Shown here in pieces: positions 31,754 through 42,644 of a DNA stretch of 64,000 nt (position 1 is its first letter; each line of letters opens with the position of its first letter). The notes under the pieces were generated by a model that searched no databases, was not told the origin of the DNA, and saw nothing but the letters and a program-made list of their open reading frames with translations. Where the stretch lies: the NCBI GenBank assembly GCA_019358935.1, contig JAHHIK010000002.1, positions 64,001 through 128,000 of the forward strand, read 5' to 3'. The translations under genes were made by a program, and so were the position numbers. Source of the DNA: Tolypothrix carrinoi HA7290-LM1. Lineage in GTDB: Bacteria; Cyanobacteriota; Cyanobacteriia; Cyanobacteriales; Nostocaceae.

Positions 31754-32007
31754 TAACGCACCAAAGATCATTGATGGTGCGTTGCGTTGCACAACACCAC
31801 CCTACTGCCGTTTAATTCTTTTCTATAAATATATTGACACTGCAAGGAAGCAACTTTTGCAGTCACGCTAGTAGGGTGCGTTATGGACGTAACGTTTTAA
31901 CGCACCAAAGATCATTGATGGTGCGTTGCGTTGCACAACACCACCCTACTGCCGCTTAATTCTTTTCTATAAATATGTTGACACTGCAAGGAAGCAACTT
32001 TTGTAGT
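31754..32007. repeat. Tandem duplication (144-bp period) of a REP-like element plus the 3' end of the methyltransferase gene
   Basis: 31754-31863 closely matches 31898-32007; GTAGGGTGCG...CACCCTAC element at about 31871-31949. Confidence 0.85.
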
Positions 32008-32771
32008 ATGCCTAGCTTTGAGAGAGTGTAATAATATATTGATTCTGTAAATCCACGATGTTCATAATCTGGATAGAATTCTACAGAAAAATTGCATTTG
32101 TGAGAAGTTACATGCTGTTTTATTTTTGAGAGTACCAATACATCTTCTTCAGCATAAGGATTGCTGTTTACTCGCTTATAAGCCCAGTTATACAAATACT
32201 TGGGTGATGTTGGTTCGTGGAGCAATATGATTTTTCCTTGAGGTTTTAGCACCCTTATCATTTCATTAAGAGTTTTACTAAAATCATTTTTTTCGCCAAA
32301 GTGATGAAATGCTTCAAAGGCGAAAATCCTATCAAATTGCTCTGCTTCAAATGGAAGTTCACAGCAGTGAAAAACCCACTTTTCATCAAGGTGGGTATTC
32401 AAAATTTTTTCAAATTTTTCTGTATATTGCAAATTTGAAAGTATCAAGTCGCTGCCAACTACATAGGTATTTGGATACTCTCTTTTAATTAAGGCGCTTG
32501 CCCAACAGAAGCCACCTCCCATTTCTAATATAGTTTCATTCCCAGACAGTTGCAGCCGCGACATAAGTTTGCTAAAGGTATTAATAGAAGGCGATCTGAA
32601 GGCGATCGCATCGAATATGTCATTTCCTTTATGATTCTGAACAGCTCTAAATTCCTCAAAATTCTTATGGGCTACAATTTCTTTTTGGTCACTTTCTGTA
32701 AGAATAGCATCGTTTAAATAATATAAAATTCCTTCATGTTCGCGAAAATTGTTATTACGCACAGTAAGCAT
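31956..32771 (-). CDS. Class I SAM-dependent methyltransferase
   Basis: LEMGGG, LPF...FD, FHHF, RVLKPQG; AT-rich. Confidence 0.85.
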   Translation of the reverse strand: MLTVRNNNFREHEGILYYLNDAILTESDQKEIVAHKNFEEFRAVQNHKGNDIFDAIAFRSPSINTFSKLMSRLQLSGNETILEMGGGFCWASALIKREYPNTYVVGSDLILSNLQYTEKFEKILNTHLDEKWVFHCCELPFEAEQFDRIFAFEAFHHFGEKNDFSKTLNEMIRVLKPQGKIILLHEPTSPKYLYNWAYKRVNSNPYAEEDVLVLSKIKQHVTSHKCNFSVEFYPDYEHRGFTESIYYYTLSKLGILQKLLPCSVNIFIEKN

Positions 32772-32871
32772 ATCAGCGTCTCCATTAGTTAAAATATATA
32801 TATATTCTACCGTATATTTTTTTACCTTCCTATTAACATTTATGAAAAAAACTGCATTAACCTAATTAATA

Positions 32872-33000
32872 ATTATTAATTCATAATTCATAATTAAAAA
32901 GGGTTTAATTCCCCTGCCTCCTATAAGCTTTCCTGTTACATCGGGGCTTTAAATTCACATGGGTAACATAATTATGAATTATAAATTATTAATTATAAAT
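32872..33000. repeat. MITE-like element bounded by inverted heptamer repeats (TAATTCA)n...(AATTATG)n
   Basis: AATTCATAATTCATAATT versus AATTATGAATTATAAATT arms. Confidence 0.4.
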
Positions 33001-33136
33001 TTTTCAATAGCGCATTCATTCGCGGTAAATAAAATATGGAAACGCGCACCAAAAATAGACGTGGCGAATTTATTTGAAATACTTTTCTCACGTCTAATTT
33101 GTTTATTAACGCCTGCAAATATGCCTTGTTTTTTGT

Positions 33137-34279
33137 TTAAGTTAAAGGCAAAGCATTAACTTCAGAAACATTTGACACCGCATGAAGGGCATTTATAAAG
33201 TTTTGGGCGTAACGTTGGGTAGAAAAATCGAGGGCACGTTGTCGCGCTGCGACTGCGGCATTACGGGCAAATTCTTGGTCGTCAAGATAACGGAGAATTG
33301 CGATCGCTAATGCATCCGCATCACCATAAGGCGTTAACAGCCCATTTAAGCCGTCGGTAATTATCTCAGTCGGTCCGCCAGCATTGCCAGCAATCACGGG
33401 TTTGCCTAACGCCATTGCCTCGATAACCACCAAACCAAACGGTTCGTTATCAGAAGCATGAACAAATACGTCCATTGCTTGCATCCATTCTGGGACATTG
33501 CGCTGTAGCCCGACTGCCAGAACGCGATCGCTTAAGTCCAATGCTGTGATTTTCTCTTTTAAAAAGTCCTCATAATCCGGTTCCAAATCGTGCTTACCCC
33601 CAACTACCACGCAATGGGCATCGGGATACTTCTGCAAGACTTTCGGCATTGCCTCGACAACAACGTGCATTCCCTTCCAGCGTTGCAATCGCCCGACAAT
33701 TCCAATTAAAGGTCCATCCAACGGCAAACCCAGCTTTGAGCGCATCGTGGCTGGAGTTGGCAGAACAGCCGGATCGAAACGGTCTAGCGCCACCCCTGGA
33801 TGCACTAAATATACTGGGGTTTTCGGTAATATTTGTGACTGCGCCGATTGAATAGCTTTAGTAATTGTGACTACACCACGCGCTGGCATCAAATTGACCA
33901 GGCGCTTTAAAAAGCTTTTATTATCTGGAATTTCCTGCTGATACCACAGTGCAGGTATGCCAGCCAGCAGCGCTGCCAGCCCTCCCGTGAGGTGAGATAG
34001 CCACATCCAGCTGACGATAACATCTACACGTTCGCGCTTGATTATAGAAGCTATCTTGGCTGCGGTAGCGACTAAACGGTGCAATTCGCGCACGCGACTA
34101 CCAAGCACAACTATAGCGGAAATACCAAGCGATCGCACTTGCTCTACCAACGGACCGTCTTCACTGAAAATTACCAACCATTCGACATCCGCATGTCGTC
34201 CTTGTTGCAGCAAGTCCCAGAAAGTCATTTCACTTCCGCCGCGTTGTTCAGCCAGTGGCATTAGGATAGCAACTTTCAT
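33137..34279 (-). CDS. Glycosyltransferase family 4
   Basis: GRLQRWKG, EPFGLVVIEAMALGKPVI. Confidence 0.92.
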   Translation of the reverse strand: MKVAILMPLAEQRGGSEMTFWDLLQQGRHADVEWLVIFSEDGPLVEQVRSLGISAIVVLGSRVRELHRLVATAAKIASIIKRERVDVIVSWMWLSHLTGGLAALLAGIPALWYQQEIPDNKSFLKRLVNLMPARGVVTITKAIQSAQSQILPKTPVYLVHPGVALDRFDPAVLPTPATMRSKLGLPLDGPLIGIVGRLQRWKGMHVVVEAMPKVLQKYPDAHCVVVGGKHDLEPDYEDFLKEKITALDLSDRVLAVGLQRNVPEWMQAMDVFVHASDNEPFGLVVIEAMALGKPVIAGNAGGPTEIITDGLNGLLTPYGDADALAIAILRYLDDQEFARNAAVAARQRALDFSTQRYAQNFINALHAVSNVSEVNALPLT

Positions 34280-35754
34280 GTAATTGACCTCTGATTAAGT
34301 ACAGTCATGCCTTGAGATTGATTCGGCGTAGTAATTCCTTGATGCTGATAGTACTTATGCGCTCCCATAGCCATAGCCAAAAATCCCCAAAGAATCATCC
34401 CTGCTATACTTAGCATTCCGCTACCAATAATTAACTGGGCAAAGGCACTGATACCAATGGCGCGGGCAGCACTCACAAAACTGTCGAAACGGGACTCTGT
34501 ATATTTTAAAACTTGATAAATTATCAAGATTAGCCCACCCAGATAAGGGATGGCTCCAAACCAGCCTAGGGTGAAAAACATATCTAAAATGCCACTGTCA
34601 ATGACAAATACTTCTATTTGACCAGTTTTTTCGTTGACTTTCCAAGTATTTCCAAACCCATTACCCAGAGTGTTAGAAAGGGCTACACTCAGGTTTCTGT
34701 CATAGCTGCTCGATCTATCCTTAAAGCTGCCATCTTCTTGAAGATTGGTAAAACTTTCAACACGTTTTGATACAACAGAGGAAATTGGCTCAATAGTCAG
34801 CAATGGCGCAACACACACTATCATCACCAAAATTATGGTAATTAAGCGCATTTGAATCCGCGCTTTTACCGAACCCATAATCATAATCATTCCGAATAAC
34901 CAGCCCCCCCAATTGGTACGTGTTTGTGCAAGTAGAAACGACAAGTAGCCAGCTGCTGAGGCAGGAAAAATTAAAGGTCCCGATCTGGTGAACAATAACA
35001 GCAAACCAGCCTGCATTGTCGCACCAAACGGACCAATGGAGTGCATTGTACTCCAGACGCGCATCCCGAAAGGTTCAGGGTTTCCAGAACTGCTAGTCTG
35101 TAGTGATTTGACGAGCCAGTACCTGTCCCACTCAGGAGCTACCACGAATTGATATATACCGTAAACTCCTAAAATTAATACGCACCAGAGGAATGTGCGC
35201 TGAATGTTTTGGCGATAACTAGGATAATCTCGCCAGTTAATAAATAAGTGAAAACCGAAGAGGAGGGGAGTTAGCCAGTCCAGAAGGCTGCGTGCCACCG
35301 GAACCGGTTGGTTGTGAACCAGTCCAATGAGAAAGCCATAGAACACCCCTGCAAAAGCCAAAATAAAAGGTAAGCCACCTTGACGATAGGCACTAGGAAG
35401 GTAACGGAATAAGGTGGCTATGGAAACGAACACCACTAAATAAGGTGCTACGAGCATCTGACGAGTAAAGTCCCAGCCAACTTGAAGGTCAACTAAGCGG
35501 GTAAATAACGCCGAGAGAAACCACATCCACCACGTAAAGCCTAGATAGAGAATCGGATGCCGCAAATAGAGGAATATGGCTGTTACAAAAGCTGCTATCG
35601 GATAGATTAAGCGCAGACTGGCAGTAGGACCAACGTAGCACGCTAAACAAATCAGTAAAAAGCCAAAAATTACTATCCAACCTTGTAGCGATCGCTCTTC
35701 TGGAGAATAATTTTGTTTCAAAAAAGGATTAAAAAGTATCTGCTTGGAAGTCAC
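34276..35754 (-). CDS. Multi-pass membrane protein, O-antigen ligase/polymerase (Wzy-like)
   Basis: 10 or more TM helices, RVWSTM, DSG(I)L motif; coupled to neighbours by 4-bp overlaps. Confidence 0.75.
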   Translation of the reverse strand: MTSKQILFNPFLKQNYSPEERSLQGWIVIFGFLLICLACYVGPTASLRLIYPIAAFVTAIFLYLRHPILYLGFTWWMWFLSALFTRLVDLQVGWDFTRQMLVAPYLVVFVSIATLFRYLPSAYRQGGLPFILAFAGVFYGFLIGLVHNQPVPVARSLLDWLTPLLFGFHLFINWRDYPSYRQNIQRTFLWCVLILGVYGIYQFVVAPEWDRYWLVKSLQTSSSGNPEPFGMRVWSTMHSIGPFGATMQAGLLLLFTRSGPLIFPASAAGYLSFLLAQTRTNWGGWLFGMIMIMGSVKARIQMRLITIILVMIVCVAPLLTIEPISSVVSKRVESFTNLQEDGSFKDRSSSYDRNLSVALSNTLGNGFGNTWKVNEKTGQIEVFVIDSGILDMFFTLGWFGAIPYLGGLILIIYQVLKYTESRFDSFVSAARAIGISAFAQLIIGSGMLSIAGMILWGFLAMAMGAHKYYQHQGITTPNQSQGMTVLNQRSIT

Positions 35755-36731
35755 TGTACATCTCCAGGGTGCAGGTAGTTTGTTGAGAAGTTTTTCAAAT
35801 TATAGTGCTGTTGCCATGTCTGCCAACCCTGAATTCGTCCCCGTAGAGATGCCAGCCACTTCTTAGATGCCAATTTTCCTTCACTGGGTAGCAATCGCAA
35901 CCACTGTACAAAACCGAGCGCTTCTCGCGTACCGATTAATGTTGCCCAAACTACAAATACAATACGTTGCACTGATGAAAAGTATTCTAGTAAAGCTAAA
36001 GTTTCATTATGTACGGCATTGCTCCAAGCGATGTCATTAAAATTATCTCGCTGGTCTTCATCAAAACGCTGTGCGGGATAGTGATCCACTGCGACCAACG
36101 GATCGAAAATAATTTTCCACCCCGCTCGTCTCAACGGCAGGGTGAATGCCAATTCAAAATGTACTTGGGCACCAGTACCTAGCATCCGCTCATCATAGCG
36201 CACTTTTTTCAGGGCGCAAAAGCGAAAACTCATATTTACTCCCTTGAGTACGTCTACCTCGCGGGCTGATCCGACACCCAAGTGATGATTGCCAATCACC
36301 CGTCCAAACCACTGCACCCGACCGACACAGAAGCGATCGCCTACTTCTTTTATTTGAGTACCTATGTACTGCCAGTCGCGTCCACCCACAGCACCGATGC
36401 TGCTATCTGACAAAAAGTAAGCTTCGATACGTTGCAGCCAATCAGCGTGTGGTGCAGCATCGTCATCGGTAGTGGCAACGATATCTGCCTGCGCGACATC
36501 CAAACCTGCATTCATCGCTGCTACTACTCCCGGAACTTTCACGGTTACGGTGCGTAGTGGCAGCGAATCAAGGTTAAAGGTTTGCAAAAATGTCCAAGTT
36601 TCCGCATCAATATCACGCACCGTCACCAATACTTCATCTGCTTGCCGAGTTTGCTTTTTCAGCGCTTCCAGGCAACGCATCAGGTCTAGAGGTCGGCGAT
36701 AGGTGGGTATGAGAACGGTGATACTGGTCAT
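35751..36731 (-). CDS. Glycosyltransferase family 2
   Basis: VLIPTYRR, TDDD, KGVNMSFR. Confidence 0.9.
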   Translation of the reverse strand: MTSITVLIPTYRRPLDLMRCLEALKKQTRQADEVLVTVRDIDAETWTFLQTFNLDSLPLRTVTVKVPGVVAAMNAGLDVAQADIVATTDDDAAPHADWLQRIEAYFLSDSSIGAVGGRDWQYIGTQIKEVGDRFCVGRVQWFGRVIGNHHLGVGSAREVDVLKGVNMSFRFCALKKVRYDERMLGTGAQVHFELAFTLPLRRAGWKIIFDPLVAVDHYPAQRFDEDQRDNFNDIAWSNAVHNETLALLEYFSSVQRIVFVVWATLIGTREALGFVQWLRLLPSEGKLASKKWLASLRGRIQGWQTWQQHYNLKNFSTNYLHPGDVQ

Positions 36732-37851
36732 TTACTAACTCCTCAAATAAATCGACATAGCTTTGAGCTTTACTAGTCCAAGTATTTTGTTCTGCTATGG
36801 TGCGGGCAGCTTGACCCATTTTTTGCCGGAGATGGCGATCGCTTTTTAAAATACTCAGTGCTTCTGCCAATGCGTTGGTATCATCGGAGTCTGCCAAAAC
36901 AAATCCACAATCTGGTGTCACTATTTCTGCACCCCCTGCTGTGGTTGCGGTAATTACAGGTAGTCCTGATGCCATTGCTTCCATCATAACTAGGGTGCAA
37001 GCTTCGTAACGTGACGGAAATACGAATAAATCCGCTGTTTGCATAATTTGAGCAATGTCGCGCCGAAATCCCAAAAAGTGTACTCGCTCGCTTAAGGATA
37101 GCGATGCTGCTAGTTGAGGATAAGGACTACCAGCGGTATCACCGACAACTGCTAAGTGTACCTCCGGAACTTGTACTAAGGCATGTAATACTGTATCCAA
37201 GTTCTTGCGATTGGTACGGATATCGCCGGCGAAAAGCGCTAGAGTTACATCGGATGGTAGACCGAATTTTTGCCGATCTGTAGTACCTGGAACAAACTCT
37301 TCCACATCCACACCATTCAAAATCACGCGAATGCGATCGCTTGAGATTCCTACGTCCTCTACCAATTCATTTTTGATTTTCTCAGATACTGCCACCGACA
37401 CTTTCGCTTGACGAAATGCCTTTTTTTCCCAATAGCTGTTTAAATTTGTGTACAGCCAATGGTAAGCACCATAAATATTACGGTTTACTCGTGATGTATG
37501 TACAGGCGATCGCAACCAAGAAGTGTGTACAAACTGCGATGTATTTACGTCTCCTTTCTCCGAAGTAATCGCCCCGTACACTTGTACTAAATCAAATTCA
37601 TGGCGATGTTTACGCAACCAAGCAGCGCTGTGCCGAGAAAACATCATTTCCCGCACAAGTTGCGTTGGAAAATTTTCAACTTGAAAATAAACCCAATTAA
37701 CCTGGCTATTTTCCTGTAGTTCCGGAGCTACTTTTCTTGCTACTAAAGTGACGTGGTGTCCGCGACGAATCGCTTCCCAGACAATCTCATAGTTTGCCCG
37801 ACCTTGACCATCACCTTTAATCACATATGGCGTAACAATACAAAGTTTCAC
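36634..37851 (-). CDS. Glycosyltransferase family 4 (C-terminus overlaps the next gene by 98 bp)
   Basis: GDGQGR, FPSRYEA...EAMASGLPVI. Confidence 0.88.
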   Translation of the reverse strand: MKLCIVTPYVIKGDGQGRANYEIVWEAIRRGHHVTLVARKVAPELQENSQVNWVYFQVENFPTQLVREMMFSRHSAAWLRKHRHEFDLVQVYGAITSEKGDVNTSQFVHTSWLRSPVHTSRVNRNIYGAYHWLYTNLNSYWEKKAFRQAKVSVAVSEKIKNELVEDVGISSDRIRVILNGVDVEEFVPGTTDRQKFGLPSDVTLALFAGDIRTNRKNLDTVLHALVQVPEVHLAVVGDTAGSPYPQLAASLSLSERVHFLGFRRDIAQIMQTADLFVFPSRYEACTLVMMEAMASGLPVITATTAGGAEIVTPDCGFVLADSDDTNALAEALSILKSDRHLRQKMGQAARTIAEQNTWTSKAQSYVDLFEELVNDQYHRSHTHLSPTSRPDALPGSAEKANSASR

Positions 37852-37934
37852 AAACCACCTTCCTTTAAAATTAATTGATGACCGTGCAGTTCTTTTTTCA
37901 CCCAGTTAGAAATTTCTAACTCTAATCAACTTAA

Positions 37935-38924
37935 TTATTTCGCTCCTCCTAATAATTGATTGGCTAAACGTTGCGGAGTAAAGCTAAGAGTAAGTGCTGC
38001 TATAGTTCGCAAATTAAACTTTTGTTCGTTAATTGCACACCAAAGATAAGAACGTGCTTCTGCTACCTGTTTAGTTCGCATCAAACCAATAGCCAAAGTT
38101 GTATTAGCTTCTAACCATTTTTGCCTAAAGTATGGCTTAAACTCATTTAACCTCGCATCTTCCATAAACCGCTTATAACAAAATATTTCATTTTGTGCTT
38201 TCCGGATTTTTGCTTGAGCATTTCGACTACCACTTTGCATAGTATCAGTTTGCTCATGAGCACGATAACGAGTTAGTCGTTCTGGATAATAATAAGTTCC
38301 ATGACCAGAAATACAGCAGATGTATGTTAAATATATATCCCACATACCGCCAACTTCAGGAGGAATACTATCCCAATCAACAAAATCATTGCGAATCACA
38401 CAAGCTGCGGCAGTGGGTATACTTTTATCTACTAACCCGATTTTGACTAAATTTTGATGAACTCCTTGTGCAAGCTGGTCACGTTTATAACTGCGTGTAT
38501 TTCCTTGGGTACCAACATAATCAATTACGCCATTTGCATCTATAATATATTGATCGCAAAAAGCTAAAATTAAATCTGGATGTTCTTCTAATGGCGGAAT
38601 AAGCTTTTCTAAAAAGTCTTCGTTCCACATATCATCGTCGTGGAGACTAGCAACGTATTTTCCTCGTGCCATTTTAAATGCGTGCATTTGATTAGCAAAC
38701 ATGCCTTTATTTTCTGGCTGTCTCCAATATCGAATGCGTGTGTCACGAAAAGATTGAACTATTTCTTGAGTATTATCCGTACTACAATTATCAGAAATAA
38801 TAATTTCAATATTTTTATAAGTTTGTTTAATAGCACTAGCAACTGATTGCTTCAGATAATTTGGTCGATTATAGGTGGGAATAATAACGCTAACTAAAGG
38901 TTGTTGGCATTCGTCTTTTAACAT
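37935..38924 (-). CDS. Glycosyltransferase family 2
   Basis: VSVIIPTYNR, SDNCSTD, LHDDD. Confidence 0.92.
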   Translation of the reverse strand: MLKDECQQPLVSVIIPTYNRPNYLKQSVASAIKQTYKNIEIIISDNCSTDNTQEIVQSFRDTRIRYWRQPENKGMFANQMHAFKMARGKYVASLHDDDMWNEDFLEKLIPPLEEHPDLILAFCDQYIIDANGVIDYVGTQGNTRSYKRDQLAQGVHQNLVKIGLVDKSIPTAAACVIRNDFVDWDSIPPEVGGMWDIYLTYICCISGHGTYYYPERLTRYRAHEQTDTMQSGSRNAQAKIRKAQNEIFCYKRFMEDARLNEFKPYFRQKWLEANTTLAIGLMRTKQVAEARSYLWCAINEQKFNLRTIAALTLSFTPQRLANQLLGGAK

Positions 38925-39160
38925 ATTTCCTCCCGATTTTTTTTGCGAAAAACAGTATTTAATTTATTATTCTGCACCCAAGTGACCTATTTTGCATTTA
39001 TCTGCTAGATTTTTTTTGAATTTATATGTATCTTGATGAGCTTTTAACGCTTTCACCGTTGATGATTTATTTAAACTTTAACATTCAATCATCACAGCAA
39101 TTGTTCATAATTAAAATGCGATTACTAGAGATTAATTACACTTAATTCTGAACAGATAAC

Positions 39161-40147
39161 TCATTCAAATTTCTGCGTACCTAGCGCTCGATTTGTAAAT
39201 GATGGCATAAAAGTTAATAACATTGCCCCTATGCTTCTTAGACTCCGTTTTTTATTCTTTATCACATGCCAAAAATGAGAACGTGCAGCTATTGGTTGTT
39301 TAGCTTGCAGCAAACTCATCCCCAAACTGTATCTTGCTTCTAACAATCTGCGGTGAAAATATGGATGCAATTCATGTAACCTTGCATCTTTGATAAATTG
39401 CTCGTAGCAAAATATCTGATTATTTGCTTTGCGAATTCTCACTTGTGCATCGTCAGTCCTTGTATCCGATTGCTCATGTGTGCGAAATCGCGCTAGTTTC
39501 TCTGGATAATAGTAAGCTCCAAGACCAGAACGGCAACAGAGATAATTTAGATACAAATCGTAGCAACCCCCAGCCTCAACTGGAAATGCATCCCAGTCCA
39601 CAACATCTTTACGAATAACCGCAGCAACAACGCTTGCTACAGACATATCTACTATTCCCTGCTCGTAAAAAGGTTGGTAAACACCTTCTTTTAAATTGTC
39701 CCTTTTAAATACCTGCGAACAATATTCTGTGTGAGCATAATCTATTTCGCTATCAGCATTCATCATGTAGTGATCGCAAAAAGCTAAAGCCAAATTAGAA
39801 TCAGCTTCTAGAGGAGGAACAAGCTTTTCTAAAAAGTTCTTTTCCCAGATATCATCGTCGTGGAGACTGGCAACATATTTTCCTCGTGCCATTTTAAAGC
39901 CGTTGATAATATTAGCAACCATTCCTAAGTTTTGAGAATTTCGCCAAAAGCGAATTCGTGAATCATCAAAAGCATCAACTATTGGTTGGGGATTTACGCT
40001 GCTACAGTTATCACAAACAATGATTTCAATATTTTGATAAGTTTGTTGAACTGCACTAGCGATCGCTTGCTTAAGATATTCTGGACGATTATATGTTGGG
40101 ATAATAACACTGACTAAAGGCTGATAATTTTCGGTATTATGTAACAT
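39161..40147 (-). CDS. Glycosyltransferase family 2 (paralog of 37935-38924)
   Basis: VSVIIPTYNR, MARGKYVASLHDDD identical to the neighbouring gene. Confidence 0.92.
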   Translation of the reverse strand: MLHNTENYQPLVSVIIPTYNRPEYLKQAIASAVQQTYQNIEIIVCDNCSSVNPQPIVDAFDDSRIRFWRNSQNLGMVANIINGFKMARGKYVASLHDDDIWEKNFLEKLVPPLEADSNLALAFCDHYMMNADSEIDYAHTEYCSQVFKRDNLKEGVYQPFYEQGIVDMSVASVVAAVIRKDVVDWDAFPVEAGGCYDLYLNYLCCRSGLGAYYYPEKLARFRTHEQSDTRTDDAQVRIRKANNQIFCYEQFIKDARLHELHPYFHRRLLEARYSLGMSLLQAKQPIAARSHFWHVIKNKKRSLRSIGAMLLTFMPSFTNRALGTQKFE

Positions 40148-40246
40148 GTTTTACCTACTCTTGTTTAATTAGTCAAAGCAATACACTTAATAATGAAGTA
40201 TTTTAGTACATACCAAAGCACTATATTCTAATTAAATTAAGTCAAA

Positions 40247-41407
40247 TCAGAACTCCAATATAGTATTTTCATAAATTTTTTGCAGATGCTTTACATGAAC
40301 ATCCATTGTAAATTCTTTCATAAACAAAGCATGACCTTGTTCGCCTAGACAAACGCACTTTTGATAATTTGTAGATAAATCAGTAATTGCATCGGAAAGC
40401 TTTTTAATATCATTTGCTGTCACAAGAATACCTGTTTTTCCATCTTGTAAATGTTCTGGTATACCTCCTACTGCACCTGCAATTACAGGTCGATAACGAG
40501 CATAAGCTTCAAGAGTTACAAGACCAGCAGGCTCGGGCCAGACACTGGGAAAAATTACCGTAAAACATTCTTGATACAGTCTATTTAATTTGTCACTATC
40601 ACACCAGCCATGCCATACGATACGGTTAGTTAATCCGAGTTTTTCAGCTAACCTTTCCAAGCGGGGTCTATCCCATCCTTCACCTGCAATATCAAGCTGA
40701 ATTCGCGGATTTGTATGTACTAAAGTTTTCAGCAACCATTCTAACCCTTTATCAGGAACAATGCGTCCGACAAACAACATTCTCTGATTTTTATGTGTTT
40801 TTAGAGTCAGCGGTGAAGTGGCAGTTTGCGGAATGGGTATACCACAGCGCAGAGTTACAGTTTGCTCGGATGGCACACCATTTTTAATTAACTCTCGCCT
40901 TACATAATCACTATTAGCAATGAAAGTAACTTTTATTTTTTTTAAAATATTTTGTAGACGCTGAGTTTCTTTAAATTCATCAATAACTCTTGACGGTTTG
41001 CGGCTACCACATTTGTCTATTAGCTTGCCCCAGGTACATCCTAAATAAGAGAATTTTCGTTGACAAATAGTGTTTTGTTCTGCTAAATATTTTGTGCCAC
41101 TAGGACAGTAGAAAGAGTGATTGTGAACTGTAAAGATAACGGGACATTCACCTGTAATATCTAATAGAAAATCTGGACTATGTAGGTGGAGCAATTTGAA
41201 CTGGCTTTGGTCAATATTTTTTAAGTTTTTAATTACGCGATCGCTCACACCAGGTATCTGATAATTCATCAGAGAAGTTAAATAAGTTTCTGCTCCTCCT
41301 TTGCCACCTACATGAAAACTAGAGCATTGATAAATTAGATTTTTATCAAAATTTTCCTGGCTCAATTTTTTTTTGTTTGGCTCCGCACTATTAGTTAATA
41401 CCATCAC
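40247..41407 (-). CDS. Glycosyltransferase family 4
   Basis: GGAE, GRIVPDKG, EPAGLVTLEA. Confidence 0.88.
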   Translation of the reverse strand: MMVLTNSAEPNKKKLSQENFDKNLIYQCSSFHVGGKGGAETYLTSLMNYQIPGVSDRVIKNLKNIDQSQFKLLHLHSPDFLLDITGECPVIFTVHNHSFYCPSGTKYLAEQNTICQRKFSYLGCTWGKLIDKCGSRKPSRVIDEFKETQRLQNILKKIKVTFIANSDYVRRELIKNGVPSEQTVTLRCGIPIPQTATSPLTLKTHKNQRMLFVGRIVPDKGLEWLLKTLVHTNPRIQLDIAGEGWDRPRLERLAEKLGLTNRIVWHGWCDSDKLNRLYQECFTVIFPSVWPEPAGLVTLEAYARYRPVIAGAVGGIPEHLQDGKTGILVTANDIKKLSDAITDLSTNYQKCVCLGEQGHALFMKEFTMDVHVKHLQKIYENTILEF

Positions 41408-41461
41408 TTTTAAGCACTTATATTTCCTTATTTTTCACTAAAACTTATTTTTTTGAACTAG

Positions 41462-42622
41462 CTATAAATAATTGTCAAAGATTTGACATAAATTCTGTTT
41501 GTAAAGTTCCTGGGTATATGTAACGGCAGTATTTCTCGCTGCTTTACTCATTTCTATGCGAATCGATTCGTTAGCAGCTAAAAAATCTAGTTTTTCGGTA
41601 ATAGCTTTTTCGTCTCTGGGTGGTACAATAAATCCATTAACGCCATCTTCAATCAAGTCAGCAGCACCGCAATGAGAAGTGACAATTACAGGAAGTCCGC
41701 ACGCCATTGCTTCGAGTGCTACCAATCCAAAACCATCTTCAACAGAAGGCAAAATGAATACTGAACACCGACTAAAGACTTGTTGGGGATCTTGGCTATT
41801 AAAATTCCAAAACTCTTGTTTAATATGAGAATTTTGACTTAGTGTTTTCTCTACTAAAAGTCGCATTTTACGAGTCGATGTACCTCCAACTAATAACAAT
41901 TCAGAATTAGGTATTTTAGCTTGCAAAAAGGCAGGAATTAAATACTGAACACCTTTACGCGGTTCAATAGTACCTACATAAAGTGCGCGAAAAGTGGAGT
42001 CCGTTTTAGGAGAGGGATAAAACCTTTCAGTATTAATAAATGGAGGAAGAACAGTAATCTTATCTGCCGGAAACCCTGCATCAATAAATGTTTGTTTGGC
42101 AACCTTTGAAAGAACGACGATTAAATCAGCTTGTTTGCACTCCTGTGAAAATCGTTGCAGCATCTTTGGATTCATGGTTGCTACAGTAGATTCTCCAAGA
42201 AACTGTAGTTCTTGCTGAATTTGCTCTTGCATGAAGGGGAGATAATTATTGAGGCAATATAGCCAAGCCTTGGCACCTTTTGCTTTAGCTGTTTTAAAAG
42301 CTAGATGAGTTTGACCTGCTACCCCCATAATTAAATCGCAGGGAAGGAGTTGTAATTTTTTGCTTACTTGTTTGTCAAAATATAAATCGCTCAACAGTAC
42401 AGCCCAATCATTGCGACGACGCAGCAGCGGTGTAGCAAGTAATCGTCTGCTCGATGCAGAATAACCGACGGGATAAACTGAGAAATCGGTTTGAGGTGTT
42501 TTAACATCTGCACAAATTACAGTTAAATCTGCTAGTTCGTTAAAACCTGCTGCTGCATTTGCTAAACAAACTCCCTGTCCTCCTGTACCTAAGCCTGTGT
42601 TGCAAGTGAGAATAACTTTCAT
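41462..42622 (-). CDS. Glycosyltransferase family 4
   Basis: GTIEPRKG, DGFGLVALEAMACGLPVI. Confidence 0.9.
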   Translation of the reverse strand: MKVILTCNTGLGTGGQGVCLANAAAGFNELADLTVICADVKTPQTDFSVYPVGYSASSRRLLATPLLRRRNDWAVLLSDLYFDKQVSKKLQLLPCDLIMGVAGQTHLAFKTAKAKGAKAWLYCLNNYLPFMQEQIQQELQFLGESTVATMNPKMLQRFSQECKQADLIVVLSKVAKQTFIDAGFPADKITVLPPFINTERFYPSPKTDSTFRALYVGTIEPRKGVQYLIPAFLQAKIPNSELLLVGGTSTRKMRLLVEKTLSQNSHIKQEFWNFNSQDPQQVFSRCSVFILPSVEDGFGLVALEAMACGLPVIVTSHCGAADLIEDGVNGFIVPPRDEKAITEKLDFLAANESIRIEMSKAARNTAVTYTQELYKQNLCQIFDNYL

Positions 42623-42644
42623 GATTAACTTTTTACATTGTCAG

